Origin: an uncultured Armatimonadetes bacterium
GTDB taxonomy: Bacteria > Armatimonadota > UBA5829 > DTJY01
Direction: 5' to 3'
Assembly (NCBI GenBank): GCA_963717145.1
Contig: OY970325.1
Span: 5,024,001-5,088,000, forward strand
DNA: 64,000 nucleotides
The notes below the pieces were generated by a model. The model was given only the letters and a program-made list of their open reading frames with translations, was not told the origin of the DNA and did no database searches. A program made the translations under genes and the position numbers. Shown here one piece after another: positions 19,112 to 28,544 of the stretch (its first letter is position 1; every line of letters starts with the position of its first letter).

Positions 19112-20137
19112 ATGTATCGCACAGCTAAGCTCTTTGCAGCCTCGATAATTTGCGTGATGGCGCTAAGTATACAGGCGAGCGCTGCTCCGGAAAGCAGGAC
19201 ATTCAAGCTCACCTACTCGTACGTAGCCCACGGGTATTCGACCAGTCAGCGGTTCTCAAAGCCGAGCGGTCTCTTCTACGATACGAACCGTGACGAGCTG
19301 TATGTTGCCGACACGGGCAACAACCAGATCGTGATCTTTGATAAGAAGGGGATGCCGACCGCGCGGATCCGGCATAACGTGGAGGTCGCCTCATCGACCG
19401 ACAGAAAGTCACTCCCTGGAGAGCCCAAGAGCATTCTTGTCCGCAAGAACGGCGACATCCTGGTCACGGACAACCTGTGCAACTACGTGGACGTCCTCGA
19501 TTTTCGTGGCCGTTCGCTCGAGAAGATCTGGCCCGCGGACCTGCTCGGCTTGTCCCGAACCAAGGTTCAACCGCGCTGCCTTGCTATCGACGCTGCACAG
19601 AACATCTACGTGAGCGTGACAGGTGCGGCCAGCAGTATCCTGGTTTTCACACCCGAGTTCAAACTCAAGTCCGAGATAGGCCGGATCATAGGAGGCGGTA
19701 CCATGAAATCGGTGACCGGCCTCTGGGTGGACAACAGCGGCAAGGTATATGCCACGTATTCCCAGGGTGAGTGCGTGCGAGTCTACGCGGCGGATGGGAA
19801 GCAGCTTACGAGCTTCGGCGGACACGATGTCGGTTACGAGAACTTCTCCCTGCCGGTCGGTGTCGTGACGGACGCACAGAGCAACATCTGGGTGGTCGAC
19901 ACCCTCAGGCACATCGTCAGCGCGTTCAAGCAGGAGACAACGGACTCCGGTCTCACCGCGACCGTAATCCACGCGCTCGGCGGATACGGCAGCGGGGCCG
20001 GAGAGATGTCATTCCCGACGGCGCTTGCCGGTGACGGATCGAGCAAACTGTTCATACTAGAGGGAGCAGGCGCGAGGCTCCAGGCATTCAGCATAGATTT
20101 CGCGGCGCCCGCCCAGCAGGCGGGTGTGAAAACCTGA
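19112..20137 (+). CDS. NHL-repeat beta-propeller, secreted
   Basis: FSKPSGL...LYVADTGNNQI, FSLPVGV...WVVDT. Confidence 0.88.
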   Translation: MYRTAKLFAASIICVMALSIQASAAPESRTFKLTYSYVAHGYSTSQRFSKPSGLFYDTNRDELYVADTGNNQIVIFDKKGMPTARIRHNVEVASSTDRKSLPGEPKSILVRKNGDILVTDNLCNYVDVLDFRGRSLEKIWPADLLGLSRTKVQPRCLAIDAAQNIYVSVTGAASSILVFTPEFKLKSEIGRIIGGGTMKSVTGLWVDNSGKVYATYSQGECVRVYAADGKQLTSFGGHDVGYENFSLPVGVVTDAQSNIWVVDTLRHIVSAFKQETTDSGLTATVIHALGGYGSGAGEMSFPTALAGDGSSKLFILEGAGARLQAFSIDFAAPAQQAGVKT

Positions 20138-20263
20138 TGATAGTGGTTTCGCGAGTATCGCGGGGTTGACGCGTGCGGCGAGACTTCTACATAACAGCCG
20201 CCCCTTGTGGCCAACAGCCACGAGGGTGAGGCATGATTAAACGAAAGGGAGGTACACAACCGA

Positions 20264-21328
20264 ATGAAAGTGATGGTAGGGCTTCTAATCACGGCGCTTG
20301 CGTTGTGTGGGGGCGCGGCTCTGGCCGGCGACTATCACAATAGCGCCACCCTGGTCTGCTCCGACTGCCACACGATGCACTACAGCGCTCAGCACGGCTA
20401 TGACGGAGTTACTCCGATCACGCTGGGAGCAGTTGGGCCGAACGAGAACCTGATCAAGGCTCCGACCCGCAATGCTCTGTGCCTGACGTGTCACGACAAT
20501 CAGGCCTATGCTCCGGACGTCTATGCAGCCAATACGGGGTCCCACGTTCGCAACGCAGGCGCTCTGAACAAGCTGGGTGATGCCGGCCTGTACGCTGAGT
20601 ACAAGGGACACACCCTGGGCTCACTTGCGTCCGCTCCCGGCGGCACGTGGGCGCCAACAATTCCGGCAGAGGGAGAGGCAGAGGGTATGACCTGCGGCAG
20701 TTGTCACGGCACGCACGGTTCGACCTACTACCGCAACCTGAAGAACAAGCCGGGCGGTTCAGCCGACAACACCTATGTCACGTATGCGGTCGGCACCAAC
20801 GACCTGACCAAGGATGTCTTCGAGCGCGATGCGACCCTCAACCAGGTCTCGACGCACTACGATGTCGCCAACGTTGACTTCAACGAGCCTGACTCGACGA
20901 AGTCGGCCTATGCCAACTGGTGCAAGAGCTGCCATACCAACTTCCACGGCGTATCCGGTGGAACTGAGGTCGGCGGCGCATCCGGCGGCGACATCAGCAG
21001 CCACTCGACCGGAGTGGAAGGAGTGCCCTGGCACCGACACCCGAGCGCTGACGTGAACATTGGTCAGAACGGCAACTCCAAGCTGACCCAGTACAACCAT
21101 GTCACGCATGTGAACAAGGTCAAGGTCATGAGCAATTCCGGCGACTGGGGCAATACGAGCACCGATGTCACCCCATCGTGCTTCTCCTGCCACAAGTCTC
21201 ACGGAAATCAGAATGCCTTCGGTCTGATTCACATGAGCGGCACCGGAACTCTGAGCGAACAGGGCGACGATGGCGGCGGCAACAACGTGAGAGGTCTCTG
21301 CAGACAGTGCCATTCGCAGGGCACGTAG
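20264..21328 (+). CDS. OmcS-like hexaheme cytochrome, paralog 1
   Basis: GGGAGG RBS; YH-x6-CSDCHTMH, APGG, YRNL, NWCxxCH, HP, CFSCHKSH, terminal CRQCH; 6 hemes. Confidence 0.85.
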   Translation: MKVMVGLLITALALCGGAALAGDYHNSATLVCSDCHTMHYSAQHGYDGVTPITLGAVGPNENLIKAPTRNALCLTCHDNQAYAPDVYAANTGSHVRNAGALNKLGDAGLYAEYKGHTLGSLASAPGGTWAPTIPAEGEAEGMTCGSCHGTHGSTYYRNLKNKPGGSADNTYVTYAVGTNDLTKDVFERDATLNQVSTHYDVANVDFNEPDSTKSAYANWCKSCHTNFHGVSGGTEVGGASGGDISSHSTGVEGVPWHRHPSADVNIGQNGNSKLTQYNHVTHVNKVKVMSNSGDWGNTSTDVTPSCFSCHKSHGNQNAFGLIHMSGTGTLSEQGDDGGGNNVRGLCRQCHSQGT

Positions 21329-21371
21329 TCCGCGAATCGACATACATCACGGTAATGTCGTTGTAGTATTG

Positions 21372-21459
21372 CCTGTCGAGGCGAGGGATGGATCTCTCGC
21401 CTCGACAGGTTGCCTTGTGAGTAAACGGTTTCCGAGGGGCACCCCTCGGAAGCTGTTTT
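21372..21459 (+). terminator. Two stem-loops after omcS-like 1; the second has a U-tract
   Basis: CCTGTCGAGGCGAG..CTCGCCTCGACAGG; TTCCGAGGGG-CA-CCCCTCGGAA followed by GCTGTTTT. Confidence 0.65.
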
Positions 21460-21490
21460 GCTAGGTGCGCCGTTGACTTACAGAAGGGAC

Positions 21491-22537
21491 ATGGATGTGA
21501 ACGCACGATACCTTACCTTCGGAATGGCCTGTCTATTCCTTTCCTTCACCAGCGTTTCCCTGGCAGGGCTGACTCACGTTGGAAACAGCCTGGTCTGCTC
21601 TGATTGTCATTCGATGCACTATAGCATGCGGCACAACTACCGCGGCGGCGCAACCGATCTGGTCACGGATGCGAACGGACCCTTTGGGAATCTCTTGAAG
21701 GCTTCACCTAACGAGCTGTGCCTCGCGTGCCACGATCAGACAAGCTTCGCGCCGGATGTGCTCGGAGAGCCGTCCGGTGAGTATGTCAGGCAGGCAGGCG
21801 CGCTTAACCGGCTGGGGGTAGAGGAGTCCGGCTACAAGTCATGGACGGGCCACACACTGGAAAGCACCGATGTCGCTCCGGGAGGCACGTGGTCCAATTC
21901 CACCACCGGGCTTCGATGCATCGATTGCCATGCGCCTCATGGAATTCCGACTCAGTTTCGCAATCTGTGGACAGACAGTGCTGCAGGCCATAACTTCGAG
22001 AACAAGACCCTGACCTACGCTTACGGCGCAACCAACGACACGAACAAAGACGTCTTTCTCCACGACGGCTTCGACGTCGCCTACCGATATGGCGTCCTCG
22101 GCACGGATTTCAACGAACCCGACGAGACGAAGTCGGCCTACGCCAACTGGTGCCGGAGCTGCCACACGAACTTCCACGGCGCTTCCGGTGGGTCTGAGGT
22201 CGGGGGCGTGAGTGGTGGCGATACGGGCGGTTCCGACGGAGTCGCCTGGGTCAGGCATCCGAACGCTGATACCAACATTGGTGCGCACGACGCAGAGATG
22301 TCCAGCCTGGCTGAGTTCCAGTCCCATGCCAACCGGGCGAAAGTCATGAGCCATTCCGGCACGTGGGCCTCGGCTGCGGATGTTACCCCTTCATGTTTCT
22401 CCTGCCACAAGGCACACGGGAACAAGAACGCGTTTGCCCTCATCTACATGTCCGGAAGCGGAACTGTCACTGAGGAAGGTGACACCGGAGGGTCTCATAG
22501 CGTGCGAGATCTATGTCGCCAGTGTCACGAGCAATAG
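21491..22537 (+). CDS. OmcS-like hexaheme cytochrome, paralog 2
   Basis: TH-x6-CSDCHSMH; 6 CxxCH; long blocks shared with paralog 1 (DFNEPD-TKSAYANWC, VTPSCFSCHK). Confidence 0.85.
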   Translation: MDVNARYLTFGMACLFLSFTSVSLAGLTHVGNSLVCSDCHSMHYSMRHNYRGGATDLVTDANGPFGNLLKASPNELCLACHDQTSFAPDVLGEPSGEYVRQAGALNRLGVEESGYKSWTGHTLESTDVAPGGTWSNSTTGLRCIDCHAPHGIPTQFRNLWTDSAAGHNFENKTLTYAYGATNDTNKDVFLHDGFDVAYRYGVLGTDFNEPDETKSAYANWCRSCHTNFHGASGGSEVGGVSGGDTGGSDGVAWVRHPNADTNIGAHDAEMSSLAEFQSHANRAKVMSHSGTWASAADVTPSCFSCHKAHGNKNAFALIYMSGSGTVTEEGDTGGSHSVRDLCRQCHEQ

Positions 22538-22583
22538 AGCCGGTCGCTGCGCAGTTTGCGTAGTTGTTCTCACGAGAACGCCG

Positions 22584-22698
22584 ACCGCTGGTCCTGAGTT
22601 CGCCGGTGAATGACGGCGTGTAACGAAGGACGGCCCTACTGCACCGAGCCGTCCTTCGTTACACGCCGTCATTCACCGGCGAACTCAGGACTAGCGGT
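22584..22698. repeat. Long palindromic element, family A copy 2
   Basis: Near-identical to 7716-7832, opposite orientation judged from the loop. Confidence 0.9.
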
Positions 22699-22949
22699 GG
22701 GGAAAACTGTTGTTCCACCTCGAATCCAGGATCATCCTCTCACTTGGTGCCATTCCAGGCAAAACCTGTCACTTCTACCAGTATCGTTCCAGCCCCTCAC
22801 CGTGGCACATACTATTACCAGGGAATCCCAGGATCGTGGCACATATTGTCAGCCGTAACTAGTGGCAAATGAGGGTATACAACAGTTAGGCTGAAATGCC
22901 CTGAGGCGGTCAGAAACATACGAGGATGGGTAAAATATTCTTGGCGGAC

Positions 22950-22978
22950 TCGACAAGAACTGAAAAACGTGCGATAAT
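22950..22978 (+). promoter_or_regulatory. Possible sigma70 promoter for omcS-like 3
   Basis: TCGACA-N17-GATAAT with TG extension. Confidence 0.4.
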
Positions 22979-23115
22979 GAGTAGTAAGTGGCGGGCGCAT
23001 CCGACAGAACCGGGTGCTGCAAGCCACGGATTTGCCCGTGCTCGAGGGATTCCCCGAGGGCATGCGACAACGCTATCTCATCAACTGGCGAATGAAACTG
23101 GGGTTACGGGGGTTC

Positions 23116-23133
23116 TCGTGAAATATTTCACGA
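23116..23133. promoter_or_regulatory. Rex-like operator
   Basis: Perfect palindrome TCGTGAAATATTTCACGA. Confidence 0.75.
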
Positions 23134-23185
23134 ACCCTTCGAGGCACGGTTCATTCCTGGCGAGAGGTATTTGGGGGGATGGCAT

Positions 23186-24142
23186 ATGTCGAGGTTGTTA
23201 GTACTTATCGAATGTGCGGTCTTGACCGTAGGCATCATGGCGACATGCGGTTCAGCCCAGGCGGCGAACTATCACTTCCGCGATACGCTGATCTGCTCTG
23301 ACTGCCACATCTCGCACGCCAGCGCCAGCCACGGGGACGGAGGCGACGCGGCCTCTTACGGCGAGCCTCCGAATGGTAACCTGCTCAAGTCTTCATCATC
23401 CAGCGACGTGTGTCTGCGCTGCCACGATGGACAGGCCGGTGTGCCTGACGTCGTCGCCGGGGATGTGAACAAGCCGTCTGAGCCATATGATGGACAGGAA
23501 CGGGCGGCCGGCGCCTTCGCCGATGGTACCGCGGACAACTGGAAAGGGCACAACCTGCCCGGACAGGGCAGCGTCGGACCAGGCGGTTGTGACTCCTGTC
23601 ACGAGCCTCATGGGAACACCAGTTACCGCAACCTGCGAACTCTCGACGGTTCTGGAGACGAGTTGGTGGCCTTCGTAAACCCCGCCGCGGCCGCGTTGGA
23701 CAAGTACAGCCGTGCGAACGTGGGCTACGGAGGGAATATCGGAGACAAGCTCTGCGGGGGTTGCCACGGTTTTGGCGCGATATCGAATACTCGTTCTTCG
23801 GGCGGACAGCACTTCAATCGGCACCCCAGCACCAGCAGCGAGGCCGTCATCTCCATGGAATCCGGGCGATCCAGTATCGACCCGATCCACTGGGTTTCCG
23901 GAGAGGGCAGCGGTTTCACGGCGGGCGAACTCGTAGTGCCGCGCGTGCCGTTCGCGGTGAGTTCAGCCACCAGTTACTCCGATGCCAGGACGGTGTCCGC
24001 CGCCAACGAGGTGTCCTGCCTGTCATGCCACAAAGCCCACGGCTCAGTGCACGCATTCGGCATGATCTGGCCGTACGGGAGCGGTGACGGAGCGGCCGGC
24101 GGCTCCGGCTGCAACCAATGCCACAACATCTCCCGCGAGTGA
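23186..24142 (+). CDS. OmcS-like hexaheme cytochrome, paralog 3
   Basis: YH-x6-CSDCHISH, GHNL, YRNL, VSCLSCHKAHGS, CNQCH; 6 hemes. Confidence 0.85.
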   Translation: MSRLLVLIECAVLTVGIMATCGSAQAANYHFRDTLICSDCHISHASASHGDGGDAASYGEPPNGNLLKSSSSSDVCLRCHDGQAGVPDVVAGDVNKPSEPYDGQERAAGAFADGTADNWKGHNLPGQGSVGPGGCDSCHEPHGNTSYRNLRTLDGSGDELVAFVNPAAAALDKYSRANVGYGGNIGDKLCGGCHGFGAISNTRSSGGQHFNRHPSTSSEAVISMESGRSSIDPIHWVSGEGSGFTAGELVVPRVPFAVSSATSYSDARTVSAANEVSCLSCHKAHGSVHAFGMIWPYGSGDGAAGGSGCNQCHNISRE

Positions 24143-24144
24143 CG

Positions 24145-25279
24145 TTACTTCAGAACGCCCACGATTCCCGTAGCGGTCTGCTCTATCCCACTCTGCAGAT
24201 CCTTCGGGCCGCTGAGGAATACGCCAAACCGACCTACAGCCAAATCCAGGTGGTAGTATCCGAAACCGGATAGCTCCGTGTACGCGGGCAGCGTCTCGAA
24301 GACGGTCTGCTGCTGTCCGGCGTGGTAGGTCTGCAGGAACTTCTCCGCAGTCGCCTTAGTGCGATAGTCCACGAGCCGAACGTCGACAAACTTCCCGCCG
24401 TCGTTGAGCTGATACCGCGTGTCTATCGCATCGTGGAAATGCTTCTTGTACGTGACTTCACCCAGTTTCGCGTTGCCGACATCCTTGAGTAGCACCTTCA
24501 GCTCGGCTTCGCCGTAGGTTGCAGTCTCGTCCAGATATCGAGGCGTCCCACCAGTTGCTCCCTGTTGATGCGCAATGGCAGCGACTTGCGACTCCCCTGA
24601 TGTGTCGTTCTTGACCGGAGCCGTTTCGGTGGCTGTGTTATTGGCCGTGTGCGCGGCAGCCGTGCTTCCGCCCAGGCTCACCAGTATATCCGGCGAGGAT
24701 TTCATCATGGATTTCGCCATTGCGGATACGGCCAGCTTGGAGAGCTTGCCGAGCGAGGAGATTCGGCCGATGTCGAAAACCTTGACGCCCTCCGCTCCCG
24801 TCTTGCTTATGGTGGCGGCCCACATAATATCCGCGGTTCGAGCGTTCACCGAGCCGCGCGCTGAACGAGATCGACGGATACGAGTCAGAGCCGACCCGCA
24901 CCTCGCCATATTCCTCGACTACGCCGATGACATACGCATCCACGTTAAGTGCGGGCTGAAGCTTCTGGCACATCTCCTGCGTTATGCCCTCAGTGATCCG
25001 AACGCTCTGTGCCTGCAGGGCCGAGTAGACCACCCCCGGCTCCACAACATCGAAGCCGCCGGTTGAGAGCAGGTACGTGACAACCGTGTTCGTAAGCACG
25101 CGTCCGGCATCCTGATCCTTGCTGACGTTGTCAAAGGGAAGGACGGCTATCCTTACCCGCTGACCCGCGGGCCTGTTGACGAACACCTGAGTCGAAGGGC
25201 CTCCGTCATTGCACCCGGAGACCAGGGCAAGCACCGAGAATGCCATCAGGGCTTTTACGAGTAGAGAGCTTTTCTTCAT
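24145..25279 (-). CDS. Lipoprotein with CsgG/LpoB-like N-terminal domain (one frameshift near 24850)
   Basis: Lipobox LVSGC; RIAVLPFDN; ISFSARL joins VNARTADIMWAA across ORFs 24638-25279 and 24145-24909. Confidence 0.7.
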
Positions 25280-25311
25280 GTTGCACCAATCCTCATGTTC
25301 TGGTTGATTCC

Positions 25312-27069
25312 TCAGAGATATCTAGCATAATACAGGGCAAAATGTCTTTGCCAGTCTATCAGTCCGGTATTCCCACTGTGAAAGTCGTAATATAACTCCA
25401 GCGATGAACGATCCAGGAACGAATGCGATAGACGAAGCACGGATCCTCTTCTCCGCTGGCCAACAAACTGCCAGTTGATCCAATCCCACTGCTTGTCCGA
25501 TTGGAAGTTGTAGTTCAGGCTAAGGTTACTCGCGGGATCGATCTGCCACCTCACGCCCAGCGCCGGTGACAGCGTTTCGGATATGCTCGATCCATTGCTA
25601 ACCTGGTAGGAAAGCCTCAGGTTCAGGCTGAGTTGGTAGTTGGGCATCCACAGAGCGTCGACGTCCACCGCATCCGTGGTCTGTGATACGGGACTGGCGT
25701 CCGCACTGAATGAATCGGTCTGCGAGCGACGATAGGAGGCGCCCATCGACATCCCGCCGGCGGTCCTGGTCCTGAAGGAGATGCCCGCAAAGCTCCCACT
25801 GAACCCCCCGTCCGACCCAATCGTGGACTTGTTTCGTCCATAGTCGAGGCTGATATCCGCGGCACGGCTGAGTGCGCTCTGGAGTGAAACCTGGAGCGAA
25901 TTCTGCGAAGAGCCGGAACTCAGCGCACCGGCGTAATCCGATCTGGACAGCGATGCGTTCAGGACGCTCTGGTCGCTCAACCGAGCGGACACCCCCAGGT
26001 TGCGATTGTTGGAGTCGAAGGAGATGACGCGGCCCAGAGCGTCGGTGATCGACGTCTCCTGTCGCCGATCGGTGTAATCGGCGCTGAGACCCGGCAATAC
26101 CTGTGCTCTCACATTGAGGGAAAGCGCATTATCGCCGGAATTGCTGTTCACTGCGGCTGCTCCCTGGTGGCTGGATTGGTCAGAATACTCCAGGCTCGCA
26201 GCGATCGCCCTGGTGGGGGTCGCCTGGAGTCGGAGGACCTGGCGCTTCGTATCCATTCTGGAGTTGCCCTCGGCGCGCTCATTGTCCGTCGCGTAGTTGC
26301 TCAGTTCGCCAAAGAGGGTGAGTCCCTGCAGCAGAGTCTGATTCAGGAAGACCGACGATCTCCGAGTCATCTGCGTATTCCCGGAGGATCCGCTGTACGC
26401 CGATGTCTGCCTTGACTGGTCGAAGGTGAATCGGAGCGGCATCAGGTCGTAGTAGGAACCGAGCAGCCAGGTGTTCGAGGCGTAGCTGGACGCCGAATCC
26501 CCGAAGGAGCTGCCGGACACATTTCGCGAGTACTGCAGGTTCAGGACGGGATATGCCGGTTGCGAGATAAGCATGCTGAGGTTATAGTTGGACGAATTTC
26601 CGATCGACGTGCCGCCCTGGCCGAGTGTTTCGCTCTGATAGTCGTTGCGGTTCACTCTGCCCATCAGGGTGTAGCTGGGTTGGCGGTAATACAGGTTGAT
26701 CCCCAGGCTTCTGTTGTCCTGACTGCCGAACTGGTCGTTCGTGGAGGATGTACCGAGCGTTACATCGCTTATCAGGGCGGAGAAGGGCATAACAGGCCCG
26801 CGCATGGCAAGGCTGTAGTTCGTCGAAAGATGACCGTCACCATTCGGCGATTCCCCCGCTTTCTTGTTCTCGAAGAAGTCGTATCGCATCTGTACCTGCA
26901 GACCCAGAGTTTGCGCACCCGTGCATTCATGTGACTGCGCGAGTAAGACCAGTGCAATCAAGAGCGTCAACAGTATCATCGGTGCGCCGTAACCGCCAAT
27001 GTTCGCGGTATTCGCGTATTCTGACATATCGATTATCAGTCTCAGTGACATCCCGAGGTGGTAGCGCAA
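25312..27069 (-). CDS. Outer-membrane beta-barrel protein (true start probably 27027 or 26979)
   Basis: Signal peptide; alternating amphipathic strands rich in S/Y/L; aromatic C-terminal strand HFALYYARYL. Confidence 0.75.
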   Translation of the reverse strand: MRYHLGMSLRLIIDMSEYANTANIGGYGAPMILLTLLIALVLLAQSHECTGAQTLGLQVQMRYDFFENKKAGESPNGDGHLSTNYSLAMRGPVMPFSALISDVTLGTSSTNDQFGSQDNRSLGINLYYRQPSYTLMGRVNRNDYQSETLGQGGTSIGNSSNYNLSMLISQPAYPVLNLQYSRNVSGSSFGDSASSYASNTWLLGSYYDLMPLRFTFDQSRQTSAYSGSSGNTQMTRRSSVFLNQTLLQGLTLFGELSNYATDNERAEGNSRMDTKRQVLRLQATPTRAIAASLEYSDQSSHQGAAAVNSNSGDNALSLNVRAQVLPGLSADYTDRRQETSITDALGRVISFDSNNRNLGVSARLSDQSVLNASLSRSDYAGALSSGSSQNSLQVSLQSALSRAADISLDYGRNKSTIGSDGGFSGSFAGISFRTRTAGGMSMGASYRRSQTDSFSADASPVSQTTDAVDVDALWMPNYQLSLNLRLSYQVSNGSSISETLSPALGVRWQIDPASNLSLNYNFQSDKQWDWINWQFVGQRRRGSVLRLSHSFLDRSSLELYYDFHSGNTGLIDWQRHFALYYARYL

Positions 27070-28544
27070 CTGTTCTCGGAGTACGCTCCACCGTTGGCAT
27101 GAGTGTAGGACGTGATTCCCTGTCCTCCCGCCAGATAATAAGGCGGACCGTCACTCACGTATACAATGAGGTGTCTCCGTTTGAACCCATGCGGCACGGC
27201 GGAGTGACACTGGAAACACCCGGCCCGCGCATGCTCTGACTTGCGATGGAGATTGTCACTCCCTTTGCGGAAATTCGTCCGGTTCGCGTCGCCTCCGCCC
27301 TGCCCATACGTGCTCCAGTCATGGCAGACGAAGCACAGATCGGACTGGGTGCCGGTCCTCCCGGTGTTATCGGAAGCGCCCGCCACCGCCTTGAAGCGCC
27401 TCTTGAGCGAGTAGTTGAATTGCGATCCATGAGGGCCCTGTGCGCTTCCGGGACTCGAGTCACTCGCGTGACAGTCGGTGCAGGCCATTGCGGAGTTCGG
27501 CCCCCACGGGCTGACATAAGCAGGCGGATTCGCTGACCCGAACACGACATCATCGGTAGGGACAGATGAAGCCGTTTGACCCGTAACATTGTGATAGGCC
27601 GGATTGCCGGGGCTGAACTCCAGCCCCTGGTCCGTTTCGCGTGTCCCGTCAGTCGTGTAGGGCGCAACACTCCCCCATGACCAGGAGGAGTGGCACTTGA
27701 GACAGAGATAGTACTCGTGCTCCGTCGCCGTGGACTGGAACTGCTCGACCGCATAACTGGTCGGCGCCGTCCATGGAGCAGTTGAGAAGGTCGGTCTGAC
27801 ACCCCAGGAGCCCAGAAGCATCTCGCCGATATTCGAAGACTGGGGCGCTCGCAGGCCCGACTTGGCGAAGTGCGTGTTATGGCAGTCCACGCATTCCACA
27901 TGACGGTTCGATCCGCTGAGAAGCGGGTTCGGATTCACGGCGACCGATGCACCCTCCGCGGTACTATCGTGCTTGCCGCGCTGATTGGCGACTCGATGGG
28001 AATAAGCTCTGTTCATCTGCGTCTGAATGTCGATGGCGCCCGTCGGCCTGAAACCCGTTCCATGGCACGTGAAACATGTCTCCTCTTCGGTCCGGCCGGT
28101 CATGTGGGGATATGCGCCTGTGAGATCGCCCGAGCCGTGCGGATTGTGGCACTGCGTACAAGAGCCGACGGGCTTGCTGTTCATGCTGGAAGCCGAAGCC
28201 GAGTGGCCGCTCATGTTATATTGCGTCTGCCCGTAGTATGAGCGCAGACTCCCCGTGTGGCAGGTGTAGCAGAGATCGTTGTTGTTCGCTGTCCACAGCC
28301 CGAAATCCTGGTTGGCCGTTCCATGGCCCACGTGACATTGGGCGCAACTGCCCTTCGGAAGAGACGTATCGCGCTGCACGCCGGATATGGCGCTTCCATG
28401 AGGCGTGCGAGTGTAGTATCCGCCATCTGCTTCGGCGCGCAGAGTCAGGCCGACGAGGATGAGAGGCATGATCGCTGCCCATGCTATCCGGAGATATGCG
28501 CTCAAATGACTATCGCATCCTACTTGAAGTGGCATTGCTGGCAC
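27042..28544 (-). CDS. Multiheme cytochrome c, 9 CxxCH plus terminal Cx5CH (start uncertain)
   Basis: 9 canonical motifs counted; ends CATTSGCH*. Confidence 0.9.
   Translation of the reverse strand: MPAMPLQVGCDSHLSAYLRIAWAAIMPLILVGLTLRAEADGGYYTRTPHGSAISGVQRDTSLPKGSCAQCHVGHGTANQDFGLWTANNNDLCYTCHTGSLRSYYGQTQYNMSGHSASASSMNSKPVGSCTQCHNPHGSGDLTGAYPHMTGRTEEETCFTCHGTGFRPTGAIDIQTQMNRAYSHRVANQRGKHDSTAEGASVAVNPNPLLSGSNRHVECVDCHNTHFAKSGLRAPQSSNIGEMLLGSWGVRPTFSTAPWTAPTSYAVEQFQSTATEHEYYLCLKCHSSWSWGSVAPYTTDGTRETDQGLEFSPGNPAYHNVTGQTASSVPTDDVVFGSANPPAYVSPWGPNSAMACTDCHASDSSPGSAQGPHGSQFNYSLKRRFKAVAGASDNTGRTGTQSDLCFVCHDWSTYGQGGGDANRTNFRKGSDNLHRKSEHARAGCFQCHSAVPHGFKRRHLIVYVSDGPPYYLAGGQGITSYTHANGGAYSENSCATTSGCH

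Noticed and set aside
22801-22850. Repeated CGTGGCACATA as a sigma54 promoter
   Set aside because: No TTGC at the required -12 spacing
22980-23110. Possible GEMM (c-di-GMP/cGAMP) riboswitch before omcS-like 3, as at Geobacter omcS
   Set aside because: Hairpins and a GCAAGCCACGG stretch are present, but no GNRA loop or receptor pattern is recognisable; an Infernal search would settle it
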